A DNA stretch of 64,000 nt from Chloroflexia bacterium. Its GTDB lineage: Bacteria; Chloroflexota; Chloroflexia; DTKN01. The position numbers and the translations under genes are program-made. Each line of letters starts with the position of its first letter. The stretch's first letter is position 1. Shown here in pieces: positions 48,033-56,651 of the stretch. The notes under the pieces were generated by a model that worked only from the letters and a program-made list of their open reading frames with translations, was not told the DNA's origin and did not search any database. The DNA is taken from positions 498-64,497 of the forward strand of contig DAOUAK010000007.1 of NCBI GenBank assembly GCA_034433695.1. The letters are read 5' to 3'.

Positions 48033-49694
48033 ATGTCTCGAAAAACCCTCTTCCTCTTCGGCGCCTCTCTCCTGGGCCTCGCGGTGATCGGCGTTTCTCT
48101 GGGCCTGATCTTGACCCGCCCTTCGGGAAGCGAGGTCTCGCCTCTGGCCCCCTACATTCCGTCCGAGGCGCCTGTGGTCCTTTTCGTCCGGATTCCCGTG
48201 GGGGAAGGGGCCAAGGCCTGGTCGCCGCTCTCCGATATTCTATCCGAGATCCCCGGCTTCCAGGTAGGAATCGCCATGCTCTGGAGTAGACCCTTGTTCT
48301 CGGGGACGGACATCCGCCTGAAGCAGGATGTGGAACCCTGGTTGGGGAATTCCCTGGCCGTCTGCTTCACCCGGATGCCGGCCGAAATATTCGGCGGCGC
48401 GGCGGAGTCGGAGGTCCCCTCTCTCCTTTTTGCCGTTGAGGTGCGGGATGAGGCAGCGTTCCGCGCCTTCCTGGAACGCCTCCGCTCGGAACTGGAAAAG
48501 GCCGGGACGCCGCTGGAGGAAAGCACCTTCGGCCGGTATACCCTCTTTGCCCTTCCCCAGCAGAACCTTTCCTTTGCCCTTCGCGATGGCCGCATCCTCC
48601 TCCTCTCCGATGCAGACACGCTGAAGGCGGCTTTGGAGCGGGAGGAGAAGGATTCTTTGGCCGGTAGCGCCGACTACCGGGCCCTTCTCGCCCACCTGTC
48701 TTCGGGCGGGGTGCTCCAGGTGTATTTCTCCTCCAAAGGTCTGGGCCTCCTTCAGCGCCAGGCGGCGACCGTCTCCGCCGGGATACCCATGAAAGCCGGT
48801 GCTTTCACCTTGCTCGTGGAATCCGAGGGTCTGCGGCTCCAGGCCGTTTCCCTGATCGACCGGGAGGCGCTGGCCGAGGTAGGTGCGGGGGATTACTGGT
48901 CTCCGAACCCGGAGCGGGCGCTTTCCTTTCTGCCCAAAGAAAGCCTCCTGGTTTTTTCCAGCCGTGTGCCCGACCTGGAAGGCCTCCGGGAAGGAATCCT
49001 ATCCGCCCTCCGCCCAATCGACCCCTCTGCCTATCGGGAACTCCGGGACGCCCTGGAGGAGTTGAGCGAAAAGGGCCTGGATGTGGAAAAGGACCTCCTT
49101 CGCTGGATGGGCGGGGAAGTCGGCTTCTTTGTCGCGCTGAGCGGGGAAGGGGGGATTCCTCTGGGGGAAAATGCCCCCTCGATGCGCCTCGGCTTGCTGG
49201 TGGAGGTTCGGGACCTGGACCAGGCCCGGCAGGGCATGGAGAAAGTCGAAGCCCTGCTGGGCCAGGAGGCCGGCTTCTCCTTCTCCGACCGCGAGATCGC
49301 CGGCCTGACCTTCCGCGTCTCCCGTATCCCGGGGGAGTCGGACCTGACCCCTGGCTACGCCCTGGTGGACAATTTTCTGGTCCTGGCCCTCGACAAGGCC
49401 TCCCTCGAGTCGCTGGCCCAGGCCCGGTCCAACCCCGGAGAACGGGTATCTTCGGCAGAGGAATTTCAGGCGGTCCTGCGCTTCCTGCCGGGGTCGCGTA
49501 CCGCACTTACTTTCCTGAACCTGGAAAGCCTCTGGAAGACCCTGGCCTCCGCCCTGCCGGACGAGGCGCGCCGAGGTGCCGGAGCATGGCTTTCCATAGC
49601 CGAGCACTTCCAGGGCCTGGGTATCGCTACGGCCGCCGGCCGGCCCCAGGACGAGGTCCTGACCGGAGTCGTGTTCCTGCACATCGTCCGCTAG
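48033..49694 (+). CDS. uncharacterised signal-anchored/secreted protein (DUF3352-like)
   Basis: ATG 48033 after GGGAGG. N-terminal hydrophobic anchor LFLFGASLLGLAVIGVSLGLIL. No catalytic motifs recognised. The 47907 ORF start would overlap the tRNA and is rejected. Confidence 0.5.
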   Translation: MSRKTLFLFGASLLGLAVIGVSLGLILTRPSGSEVSPLAPYIPSEAPVVLFVRIPVGEGAKAWSPLSDILSEIPGFQVGIAMLWSRPLFSGTDIRLKQDVEPWLGNSLAVCFTRMPAEIFGGAAESEVPSLLFAVEVRDEAAFRAFLERLRSELEKAGTPLEESTFGRYTLFALPQQNLSFALRDGRILLLSDADTLKAALEREEKDSLAGSADYRALLAHLSSGGVLQVYFSSKGLGLLQRQAATVSAGIPMKAGAFTLLVESEGLRLQAVSLIDREALAEVGAGDYWSPNPERALSFLPKESLLVFSSRVPDLEGLREGILSALRPIDPSAYRELRDALEELSEKGLDVEKDLLRWMGGEVGFFVALSGEGGIPLGENAPSMRLGLLVEVRDLDQARQGMEKVEALLGQEAGFSFSDREIAGLTFRVSRIPGESDLTPGYALVDNFLVLALDKASLESLAQARSNPGERVSSAEEFQAVLRFLPGSRTALTFLNLESLWKTLASALPDEARRGAGAWLSIAEHFQGLGIATAAGRPQDEVLTGVVFLHIVR

Positions 49695-49959
49695 GGGCGG
49701 AAAGGGCCTTGAGCCTATCCGGAATCCCGTAGGGAAACTCTACCCGGACGACCCGGAAAGGCCGGCCTACGCCTATTTTCGGACCTAGCCCCTGGAGGCA
49801 TCACTTTGCCCGCCCTGGCCGGCTATACGGCTTCCGGCCCGTCTATGTTCTACCCCAACCGGGAGTCCCGCCGAAGCGCCGGACGCCCCCCGGCAAATCC
49901 GATTCCCTCCTGCCCCGCAGATAAAAGTTTCCAATTTGTTGCCGCTTTTTGCCAATGAC

Positions 49960-49988
49960 TTGACAAAATAAGGAATCTGTGGTATAAT
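49960..49988 (+). promoter_or_regulatory. promoter TTGACA-17-TATAAT (TGgTATAAT extended -10) for the DUF2089-MFS operon
   Basis: TTGACA at 49960-49965, TATAAT at 49983-49988, GGAGG RBS, ATG 50008. Confidence 0.6.
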
Positions 49989-50007
49989 AAAAGGCAGGAG
50001 GTGGACC

Positions 50008-50391
50008 ATGTATACCGTTGGCGGAAACTGCCCGATCTGCGGCGATCGGATGTACCTGGAGCGGCTGCACTGCCCGCAGTGCGGGACGGTGCTGGAGGGG
50101 ACCTTTTCCCTGAGCCCGCTTTTTCGCCTGAGCGCCGAGCAGATTCATTTTGTGGAACTCCTGGTCAAGCATCGGGGTAACATCCAGCGGGTGGGTGAGG
50201 AACTGGGCCTTTCCTACCGTACCGCCCGCAGCCGGATGGAGGAGATCGCCGCCGCGCTGGGCTACGAACTCCCGCCGGAGGAAGCCCGGGTACGCCCCGG
50301 CCCTGAACGCCGCCGGGAGATTCTGGAGGCCCTGCAGGCCGGCCGGCTGACCTCCGAGCAGGCCATCCGGATGTTACGAGGAGAAGAATAA
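50008..50391 (+). CDS. DUF2089-type zinc-ribbon + HTH protein
   Basis: CPICGDRMYLERLHCPQCG zinc ribbon, followed by the HTH LSAEQIHFVELLVKHRGNIQRVGEELGLSYRTARSR. Confidence 0.7.
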   Translation: MYTVGGNCPICGDRMYLERLHCPQCGTVLEGTFSLSPLFRLSAEQIHFVELLVKHRGNIQRVGEELGLSYRTARSRMEEIAAALGYELPPEEARVRPGPERRREILEALQAGRLTSEQAIRMLRGEE

Positions 50392-51683
50392 TGTCGCCTG
50401 TGGGCAACGCCTCCTGGCGTGTCCTGCGTAACCCCAACTTCCTGCGCCTCTGGCTCGGCCAGATGATCTCCTTCATCGGCGACTATTTCTACTTCCTGGC
50501 CATCCCGATCATGGTCGAACGGCTGACCGGCTCGGCCATGATGGTCGGCCTGTCGGTGATCTCCTCGGCCCTGCCGATGCTCCTCCTCGGTCCCCTGGCC
50601 GGGGTCTTTGTGGACCGCTGGAATCGCCGGCCCACCATGGTCGTCGCCGATGTGCTGCGCGGGCTTCTGGTGCTCCTGTGCCTGCTGGTGCGCACGGCCG
50701 ATCAGGTATGGCTCTATTATGTTATCGGCTTCTTGATGTCATGCGTGGGGCGCTTCTTTTTCCCGGCCCAGAGCGCCCTCCTGCCCCGCATTGTCGAGAA
50801 CTCCGATGACCTCCTGGCGGCCAACGGCCTGATGCAGGTCATCCAGACGATCGGGCTGGTGGCCGGGCCGGCACTGGCCGGCTTCACCATCGGCCTGTGG
50901 GGGGAACAGGTCGCTTTCTTCTTCGATTCGGCCAGTTTCCTGATCTCGGCCGTCGCCATCTGGACGATACGTCTCCCTCACCGGGAAGCCCCGTGCCGGG
51001 AGGAGCACGGCCGGGTCTCTGCCGTCTGGGCCGAGTTGCGGGAGGGACTGGCCCACCTCTTTAGCAGCCAGACCCTCGTGGGCATGTTGATCTGCATCAT
51101 GGTCCTCCAACTGGGCATCGGTGCCGTCAACGTGATCTGGGTGCCCTACCTGCAACGTACCTTTGGCGTGGGCGCCGAGGGTCTGGGCACCGTGGATGCG
51201 GCGCAGGGGGCAGGCATGCTCTTGGGCAGTGCCATCCTCGGCTGGGTGGCCGCCCGGATGAGGAAGAGCGCCACCGTCGGCTGGAGTTTGGTGGGGATCG
51301 GCCTTTTTCTGGCGGGAATGGGGCTTGCCCCTTCCTTTGCCCTCATCGTCGCCTGCAGTTTCGGGCTTGGGCTGATGATCCTGCCGGCCAACTCGGCGGC
51401 GACAACGCTGGTGCAACTGGCGACCAGCGATCGGAATCGGGGACGGGTGGTGAGCGCCATCAACGCCCTGGCCACCCTGGTCGGTCTTCTCTCGATGGCT
51501 TTGGCTTCCCTGGGGGCCGAAATCGTCAGGTTCCCGACCGTATACCTCTTCTGCGGGGCGACCTCCGTGGTGGCCGGCCTGCTGGCCCTGCGGATTCCCG
51601 AACCGGCCCGAGCGAAGGAATGGGCGATGGGAAGCCCTCAGGATGGGCAGAAAGCCCTTCCCAATAGCGGAGGTGAATTATGA
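50391..51683 (+). CDS. MFS transporter
   Basis: 12 predicted TM helices and a GPLAGVFVDRWNRR MFS motif. Start overlaps the upstream stop (TAATG). Confidence 0.85.
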   Translation: MSPVGNASWRVLRNPNFLRLWLGQMISFIGDYFYFLAIPIMVERLTGSAMMVGLSVISSALPMLLLGPLAGVFVDRWNRRPTMVVADVLRGLLVLLCLLVRTADQVWLYYVIGFLMSCVGRFFFPAQSALLPRIVENSDDLLAANGLMQVIQTIGLVAGPALAGFTIGLWGEQVAFFFDSASFLISAVAIWTIRLPHREAPCREEHGRVSAVWAELREGLAHLFSSQTLVGMLICIMVLQLGIGAVNVIWVPYLQRTFGVGAEGLGTVDAAQGAGMLLGSAILGWVAARMRKSATVGWSLVGIGLFLAGMGLAPSFALIVACSFGLGLMILPANSAATTLVQLATSDRNRGRVVSAINALATLVGLLSMALASLGAEIVRFPTVYLFCGATSVVAGLLALRIPEPARAKEWAMGSPQDGQKALPNSGGEL

Positions 51684-52039
51684 GCGAGGAACGTATGCAA
51701 ATTCTACGGATGCTGGAGGCCCGCCAGATCACGGCCCGAGAGGCCGCCGAACTCCTGGCCGCCCTGGAAAAGCCCAAGCCCGGGCCGGAGCCCTCCACCC
51801 GCGGCCGCTGGCTGCGCGTGCGGGTAACCGACCTCAAAAGCGGCAAACCCAAGGTCAGCGTCAATGTCCCACTGGGACTGATGGAAGTCGCCCTGCGGCT
51901 GGGGGCACGCTTCATTCCCAAGGACGTCTCCCTGAACCCGCAGGAAATCATGGAGTTTATCCGCGGCGGCCAGGTCGGAAAGATCGTGGACGTCGAGGAC
52001 GAAGAGGACGGCGAACGGGTCGAAGTTTACGTGGAGTGA
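51680..52039 (+). CDS. small protein with N-terminal helical motif (ERMQILRMLEARQITAREAAELLAALE) and beta-strand region
   Basis: 119 aa. The N-terminal motif is homologous to the C-terminal motif of the next gene; the C-terminal half resembles the first strands of DUF4097. Start overlaps the MFS stop (ATGA). Confidence 0.5.
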   Translation: MSEERMQILRMLEARQITAREAAELLAALEKPKPGPEPSTRGRWLRVRVTDLKSGKPKVSVNVPLGLMEVALRLGARFIPKDVSLNPQEIMEFIRGGQVGKIVDVEDEEDGERVEVYVE

Positions 52040-52076
52040 ACCTCCGCAACCCGTCGCCGTAACAAGGAGGAAAAAG

Positions 52077-53525
52077 ATGTTGACCCGCCAGATCGAACTG
52101 GGTGAGAGTCCGTCGGTCGAGATCGAAGGCGAGGGGGAGCTGCACATCCTGGGCACCGAAGAGCGTCTCCTGCGCCTGGAGACGGTACGAGAAGAGGATG
52201 TCGAGGTCCGCCAGGAGGCCGGCCGGGTGTTCCTGCGCCTGCACAACAATACCAGTCTCCTCCTGTGGCGGGAAACCCCGCTCGCCCTGCGCCACCTGCG
52301 GGGAGATGTCCGCGGGCGCGGCCTGAAGGGCCCCCTGGAGGTGGATAAAGTCGAAGGCGACCTGAGCCTCTCCGAGGTGGGCGAGGTGCACCTGGGCCAG
52401 ATCGAGGGGGATGTCTCCATCCATCAGGCCGGCGACATCCACGGCCGGGGTGTCCTGAGCGGCGACCTCAGCCTGCGCCGCGTGGGAACGGTGGAACTGG
52501 CCGAAGTGGAAGGAGACGTCGCCCTCCACGAAGCCGCCTCCCTTTCCCTGGAGCGAGCCGGCGACGACCTCTCCGCCGGAGACGTGGCCGGCGATGTCCG
52601 GTTGAAAGAGGTCCACGGCGACGTCCTCCTGCGAGACATCGGCGGAGCGACCGAAGTGGGCCGGGCCGAGGGAGACCTGACCGCCCGCAATGTGCGCGGC
52701 GACCTGCTTGTGGGGCGGGTGGACGGCGACATCGTTCTGGACACGGCCCTGCGGGAAGGCTGCACCTACCGCCTGGTGGGCCGGGGGGACATTGTCGTGC
52801 GCTGCCCGGAGGGAACGGCGGCCCGTTTCCTGATCCGGGCGTCGTCCTGGATCGTCCCCCCTTCCGAGGTGTACCGCGTGGAGCGTCGAGAGGAGGGAGG
52901 GGTGGCCGTGCAACTCGGTCAGGGTGGGCCGGACGTACACCTTGTGGCGGACGGCGAGGTGGTGCTGGGGCCGACCGGCGATTGGGAGCGCTCGGTACAC
53001 GACTTTAGCCGGCGCATGGAGGAGTGGGGCCGGCGCTTCGGCCGGCAGATGGAAGAATGGGGCGAGGAATTGCGGGAACGCCTGCAACGGACCGATTGGG
53101 AACGCCTCGGTCGGGAAATCGAGGAAGCCACCGCCCGCGTCGCCCGGCTGGTAGAAACGCGCCTTCAGGAACTCGACCTGGACGAACTGAGCCGGAGGGC
53201 CGAAGAATCCGCCGTCCAGGCCGGAGAAAGGGTACGTCAGGTGGATTGGGAACGCATCGCCCAGAAGATCGAACAGGCCACCCGCCAGGGGATGGAACGC
53301 ATCCAGGCCGGCCTGCAACGCCTTCAGGAACGCCTCCGCCGCCAGGCCGAAACGTCACCTTCTCCGCCGCCTCCGCCCCCACCTCCGGAGGCGCCTCCGC
53401 CGCCCCCGGAAAAGGAGGCTACCCCTTCCCCGCTGGATGAGGAGCGTATGGCCATCCTGCGCCTGGTGGAAGAGGGTCGCCTGACGGCCGATGAGGCTGC
53501 CGCCCTTCTGGACGCCCTGGAGTAG
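52077..53525 (+). CDS. DUF4097-like beta-helical repeat protein (putative adhesin/LiaG-YvlB family) with Pro-rich linker and C-terminal helical motif
   Basis: Repeated GDVxL/EGDV strands through the N-terminal ~280 aa, then a coiled-coil, the SPSPPPPPPPPEAPPPPPEKE linker, and the C-terminal DEERMAILRLVEEGRLTADEAAALLDALE. Confidence 0.65.
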   Translation: MLTRQIELGESPSVEIEGEGELHILGTEERLLRLETVREEDVEVRQEAGRVFLRLHNNTSLLLWRETPLALRHLRGDVRGRGLKGPLEVDKVEGDLSLSEVGEVHLGQIEGDVSIHQAGDIHGRGVLSGDLSLRRVGTVELAEVEGDVALHEAASLSLERAGDDLSAGDVAGDVRLKEVHGDVLLRDIGGATEVGRAEGDLTARNVRGDLLVGRVDGDIVLDTALREGCTYRLVGRGDIVVRCPEGTAARFLIRASSWIVPPSEVYRVERREEGGVAVQLGQGGPDVHLVADGEVVLGPTGDWERSVHDFSRRMEEWGRRFGRQMEEWGEELRERLQRTDWERLGREIEEATARVARLVETRLQELDLDELSRRAEESAVQAGERVRQVDWERIAQKIEQATRQGMERIQAGLQRLQERLRRQAETSPSPPPPPPPPEAPPPPPEKEATPSPLDEERMAILRLVEEGRLTADEAAALLDALE

Positions 53526-53535
53526 GGGCGTAACA

Positions 53536-53567
53536 TGCATTTAGAGCAACATGTTGTTAAAAATGCA
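53536..53567. promoter_or_regulatory. AT-rich palindromic operator-like site upstream of the GNAT gene
   Basis: TGCATTTAGAGCAACATGTTGTTAAAAATGCA is an imperfect 32-bp palindrome with a perfect 10-bp core CAACATGTTG at 53547-53556. Overlaps a possible TGtTAAAAAT -10. AGGAGG RBS and GTG 53595 follow. Confidence 0.45.
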
Positions 53568-53594
53568 ACGTATTGCTCGAGCAGGAGGTGACCC

Positions 53595-54524
53595 GTGGAG
53601 ATCGTCGCGGCCACCCCGAGCCGGCCTCTGGAGGCGGTACTGGAGGACTATCGCCGGCACTATGGCCTGGGCAAGGATGTGGTGCTGAACTTTCTGGTAG
53701 AAGCCCTGACCACCCGCCAGGCGCGGGCGTTGATGGCGGTGGAAGCCGGCCGGCCGCTGGGCGTCGTCATTTTCAGCCGGAGAGGGGACGAGGGCCGCAT
53801 CCACCTCCTGCACGCCCAAAGTCCGGATGCCCGGGAGGCTCTGCTCAAACGGGCGGAAGAGGAACTGGCCGGCCTCGGGAGGCTGGCCCGTCTTTCGTCC
53901 ACGCTACCTTTTGGGGTCGGCGAGAGCCTGGCGGAGACCTTCTCCCGGCACGGCTACCGGAGCATCGGTCGGGGGCGCATGGTCCTGCCGCTGGAAACGC
54001 CCGTGCCGGAGGCGATCGTGCCGGCAGGTTACCGTCTGTTACCCTGGCAGGACGACCGCCTTCCGGATGCGGCGGCCCTCTTGCAGGAGGTCCACGCCGG
54101 CCCGGAGGACCTCGCCCTCTATCCCGACCTGGCCACCGTAGAAGGAGCCGAACGCCTCCTCCGGCGTTGCCTGGAGGGAGAGTTTGGCCTCTTCAAATCG
54201 GCCCTTTCCTTTATGGCGCTGGCGGAAGAGGAGCATGACCCGGCCCGTCCCCGGCTGGCCGGCCTTTGCCTTTCCGTCTGGCATCCCGGCTATCCCGGCC
54301 AGGGCTTTATCCTCGACCTGGGGGTGGCTGCTGCCCATCGCCGTAAGGGGCTGGGCCGGGCCCTGGTGCTGACCACGGCGCGGGCCTTTGCCCGGGCCGG
54401 TGCCACGGCCCTGGGCCTGGCCGTCAACCTCTCCAACCGCCCGGCCGTCTCCCTCTACGAAAGCCTCGGTTTTCACCTCGAAGAGCGTTTTCTCGTCTTC
54501 CAGCGGCCGGCCCTGCCTGCATAG
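53595..54524 (+). CDS. GNAT family N-acetyltransferase (tandem GNAT-like halves)
   Basis: C-terminal GFILDLGVAAAHRRKGLGRALV acetyl-CoA binding motif; N-terminal half also GNAT-like. GTG start. Confidence 0.75.
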   Translation: MEIVAATPSRPLEAVLEDYRRHYGLGKDVVLNFLVEALTTRQARALMAVEAGRPLGVVIFSRRGDEGRIHLLHAQSPDAREALLKRAEEELAGLGRLARLSSTLPFGVGESLAETFSRHGYRSIGRGRMVLPLETPVPEAIVPAGYRLLPWQDDRLPDAAALLQEVHAGPEDLALYPDLATVEGAERLLRRCLEGEFGLFKSALSFMALAEEEHDPARPRLAGLCLSVWHPGYPGQGFILDLGVAAAHRRKGLGRALVLTTARAFARAGATALGLAVNLSNRPAVSLYESLGFHLEERFLVFQRPALPA

Positions 54525-54560
54525 CGGGTAGGGGCAGGGCAAGGCCCCGCCTCTACCCGG
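54525..54560. repeat. intergenic hairpin, member 2 of the CGGGTAGG...CCTACCCG family, immediately after the GNAT stop
   Basis: CGGGTAGGGGCAGGGC aag GCCCCGCCTCTACCCG: 14 of 16 positions pair. Confidence 0.55.
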
Positions 54561-54582
54561 CAGGTGGGCCTGACTTCCAGAT

Positions 54583-54611
54583 TTGCGGATTTGAAGGCCG
54601 TGTAGTACAAT
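54583..54611 (+). promoter_or_regulatory. promoter TTGCGG-17-TACAAT for the metallophosphoesterase gene
   Basis: TTGCGG at 54583-54588 and TACAAT at 54606-54611. Confidence 0.45.
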
Positions 54612-54667
54612 GGGGCGCGGCAAACGGGGGAGAACCGTTTCTCCCCCGGTTTTCAGGTGGGAAACCG

Positions 54668-55402
54668 ATGCGTTTTGCGGTGATCTCCGACATCCATGCC
54701 AACCTGGCCGCCCTGGAAGCCGTTCTGGAAGACATCGGGGACGGCGTGGACCGGATCTGGTGTCTGGGCGATGTCGTCGGCTATGGCCCGGACCCCAACG
54801 AGTGCGTGGAGCGCGTCCGTCGGGAGGACATGGTCTGTGTGGCCGGAAACCACGACTGGGCCTGCCTGGGGAAGGTGGACCTCCTGGAGTTTAACCCCGA
54901 TGCCCGTCGGGCCTGCCGCTGGACGATGGAACAACTGACCCCGGAGAACCGGGAGTTTCTGGACCATCTGCCCGTTTCCCTGGTCATCGGGGATTTTACC
55001 CTGGTGCACGGCAGCCCGAGGGCGCCGATCTGGGAGTATATCACCCAGCCCGAAGCCGCCCAAGACAACTTCGGTTTCTTTGACTCCCGGGCCTGTCTGG
55101 TGGGGCATACCCACGTGCCGCTGGCCTTTTACCTGCCCCCGGGGGATAGGGCGAACTGCGAACGCTGCTGGCTGGGCGGGCTGGAGCGGCTGGAACTGGG
55201 TGGGGGGCGCTGGATTCTCAATCCGGGCGGGCTGGGCCAACCCCGCGACGGCGACCCTTCGGCTCCCTATTTTATCCTCGACACCGAGGCCATGACGCTG
55301 GAAATACGCCGGGTGCCCTACCCGGTGGAGGTCACCCAGCGGCGCATGGAGGAGGCCGGCCTGCCGGGTAACCTCATCCTGCGCCTGGGCTTTGGGTGGT
55401 GA
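54668..55402 (+). CDS. metallophosphoesterase (calcineurin-like, YfcE/MJ0936-type)
   Basis: FAVISDIHAN, GDVVGYGP, GNHD, GHTH and LNPGG motifs. Confidence 0.85.
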   Translation: MRFAVISDIHANLAALEAVLEDIGDGVDRIWCLGDVVGYGPDPNECVERVRREDMVCVAGNHDWACLGKVDLLEFNPDARRACRWTMEQLTPENREFLDHLPVSLVIGDFTLVHGSPRAPIWEYITQPEAAQDNFGFFDSRACLVGHTHVPLAFYLPPGDRANCERCWLGGLERLELGGGRWILNPGGLGQPRDGDPSAPYFILDTEAMTLEIRRVPYPVEVTQRRMEEAGLPGNLILRLGFGW

Positions 55403-56591
55403 GGGTTACGCGCCCCTGCGTTTCCCAAACCCCGGCGGTGAGGCGAATGACCACGGCCTGCTCCAGCACCATCGGGTGAAAAACCTGCCGGTCGGCCGCC
55501 GTGATGAGCACCTGGCCGCGGCCCTCCAGAAGCCATCCCTGTAAATAGTTCCTTCGCTCCGGATCGAGTTCGGAGAGGACATCGTCCAGGAGGACGACCG
55601 GCATCTCGCCGCTTCGATCCTGCAACCACCCCACCTGAGCCAGTTTCAGGGCAATTGTAGCGGTGCGTTGCTGGCCGCGGGAGCCGTAGACGGCCAGGTC
55701 CATCTCCCCCAGGAAAAAGCCCAGATCGTCCCGGTGCGGCCCCAGGAGAGTCATCCCTCGTTCCACTTCCTCGGGCCAGGCCCGGGCCATCGCCTGGCGG
55801 AAGGCATAGGCCACGCTCTCCTCATCCTCTTCGGGACGGCAGGGGACGTGGTGCCGGTAGATCAGCCGCAGCGGTTCGGGAGTGCCGGTCAGGCGGCCGT
55901 GCAAATTTTCCAGGAGCGGCGCAAGTGCCGTCACCAGGCGATGGCGGGCCACGATGAGGTAGGCGCCGTTCTGCACCATCTCCCGGTTCCAGAAGGCCAC
56001 CTGTTCTCGGACCTCCGGCGGCAATTTCCCCGTCTCTTTCCATCCCTGAAGCAGCCGGTTGCGCTGGAGGACGACGCGCCGGTAGCGCTCCAGCGCCTGC
56101 CAGTAACGCGGGTCGGCCTGAAGGAGGACGGCGTCCAGGTAGTTTCGCCGGCGGGCGGGGGAGCCGGTGATCAGGTTGAGGTCCTCCGGCTCGAAGAGGA
56201 CGACCTGGAGCCGGCCGACCGCCTCCCGGGCCCGCACCGGCCGGCGGTTGAGAAAGAAGCGCTTCTGGCAGCGTCCGGTGAGCCGCCCCTGGGGGTCCAC
56301 CAGGCGCTGGACGGCCACCTCCAGCGAAAGAAGCCCGTCCTTCCGCTCCACGCGGCCGGCGACGCGGGCAAAAGGGGGCAGACCCATTTCCGCCGGGGCT
56401 TCCCAGTGGATGAGTTCGCGTTCGGCCCCGGCCCGTGGGGAGCGGGCCGTCGCCAGAAGGACCAGCGCCTCCAGAAAACTCGTCTTGCCGGATGCGTTCG
56501 GCCCCCAGAGGACGGTGATCCCCGGCGAGAGGGAAACCTCCAGGCGGCGATAGTTCCGAAAATCCTTGAGCGCTACGTAAAGAAGGTGCAT
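55374..56591 (-). CDS. recF: DNA replication and repair protein RecF
   Basis: MHLLYVALKDFRNY...GPNASGKTSFLEA Walker A, C-terminal LLLDDVLSELD. ATG at 56591; upstream part of the ORF is spurious. Confidence 0.9.
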   Translation of the reverse strand: MHLLYVALKDFRNYRRLEVSLSPGITVLWGPNASGKTSFLEALVLLATARSPRAGAERELIHWEAPAEMGLPPFARVAGRVERKDGLLSLEVAVQRLVDPQGRLTGRCQKRFFLNRRPVRAREAVGRLQVVLFEPEDLNLITGSPARRRNYLDAVLLQADPRYWQALERYRRVVLQRNRLLQGWKETGKLPPEVREQVAFWNREMVQNGAYLIVARHRLVTALAPLLENLHGRLTGTPEPLRLIYRHHVPCRPEEDEESVAYAFRQAMARAWPEEVERGMTLLGPHRDDLGFFLGEMDLAVYGSRGQQRTATIALKLAQVGWLQDRSGEMPVVLLDDVLSELDPERRNYLQGWLLEGRGQVLITAADRQVFHPMVLEQAVVIRLTAGVWETQGRVTLTTQSPGAG

Positions 56592-56651
56592 CACCGTAGG
56601 GGCGCCCTCGGAGGACGCCTGCTGGGGCCGGGGCAACCCGGGTGGTTGCCC

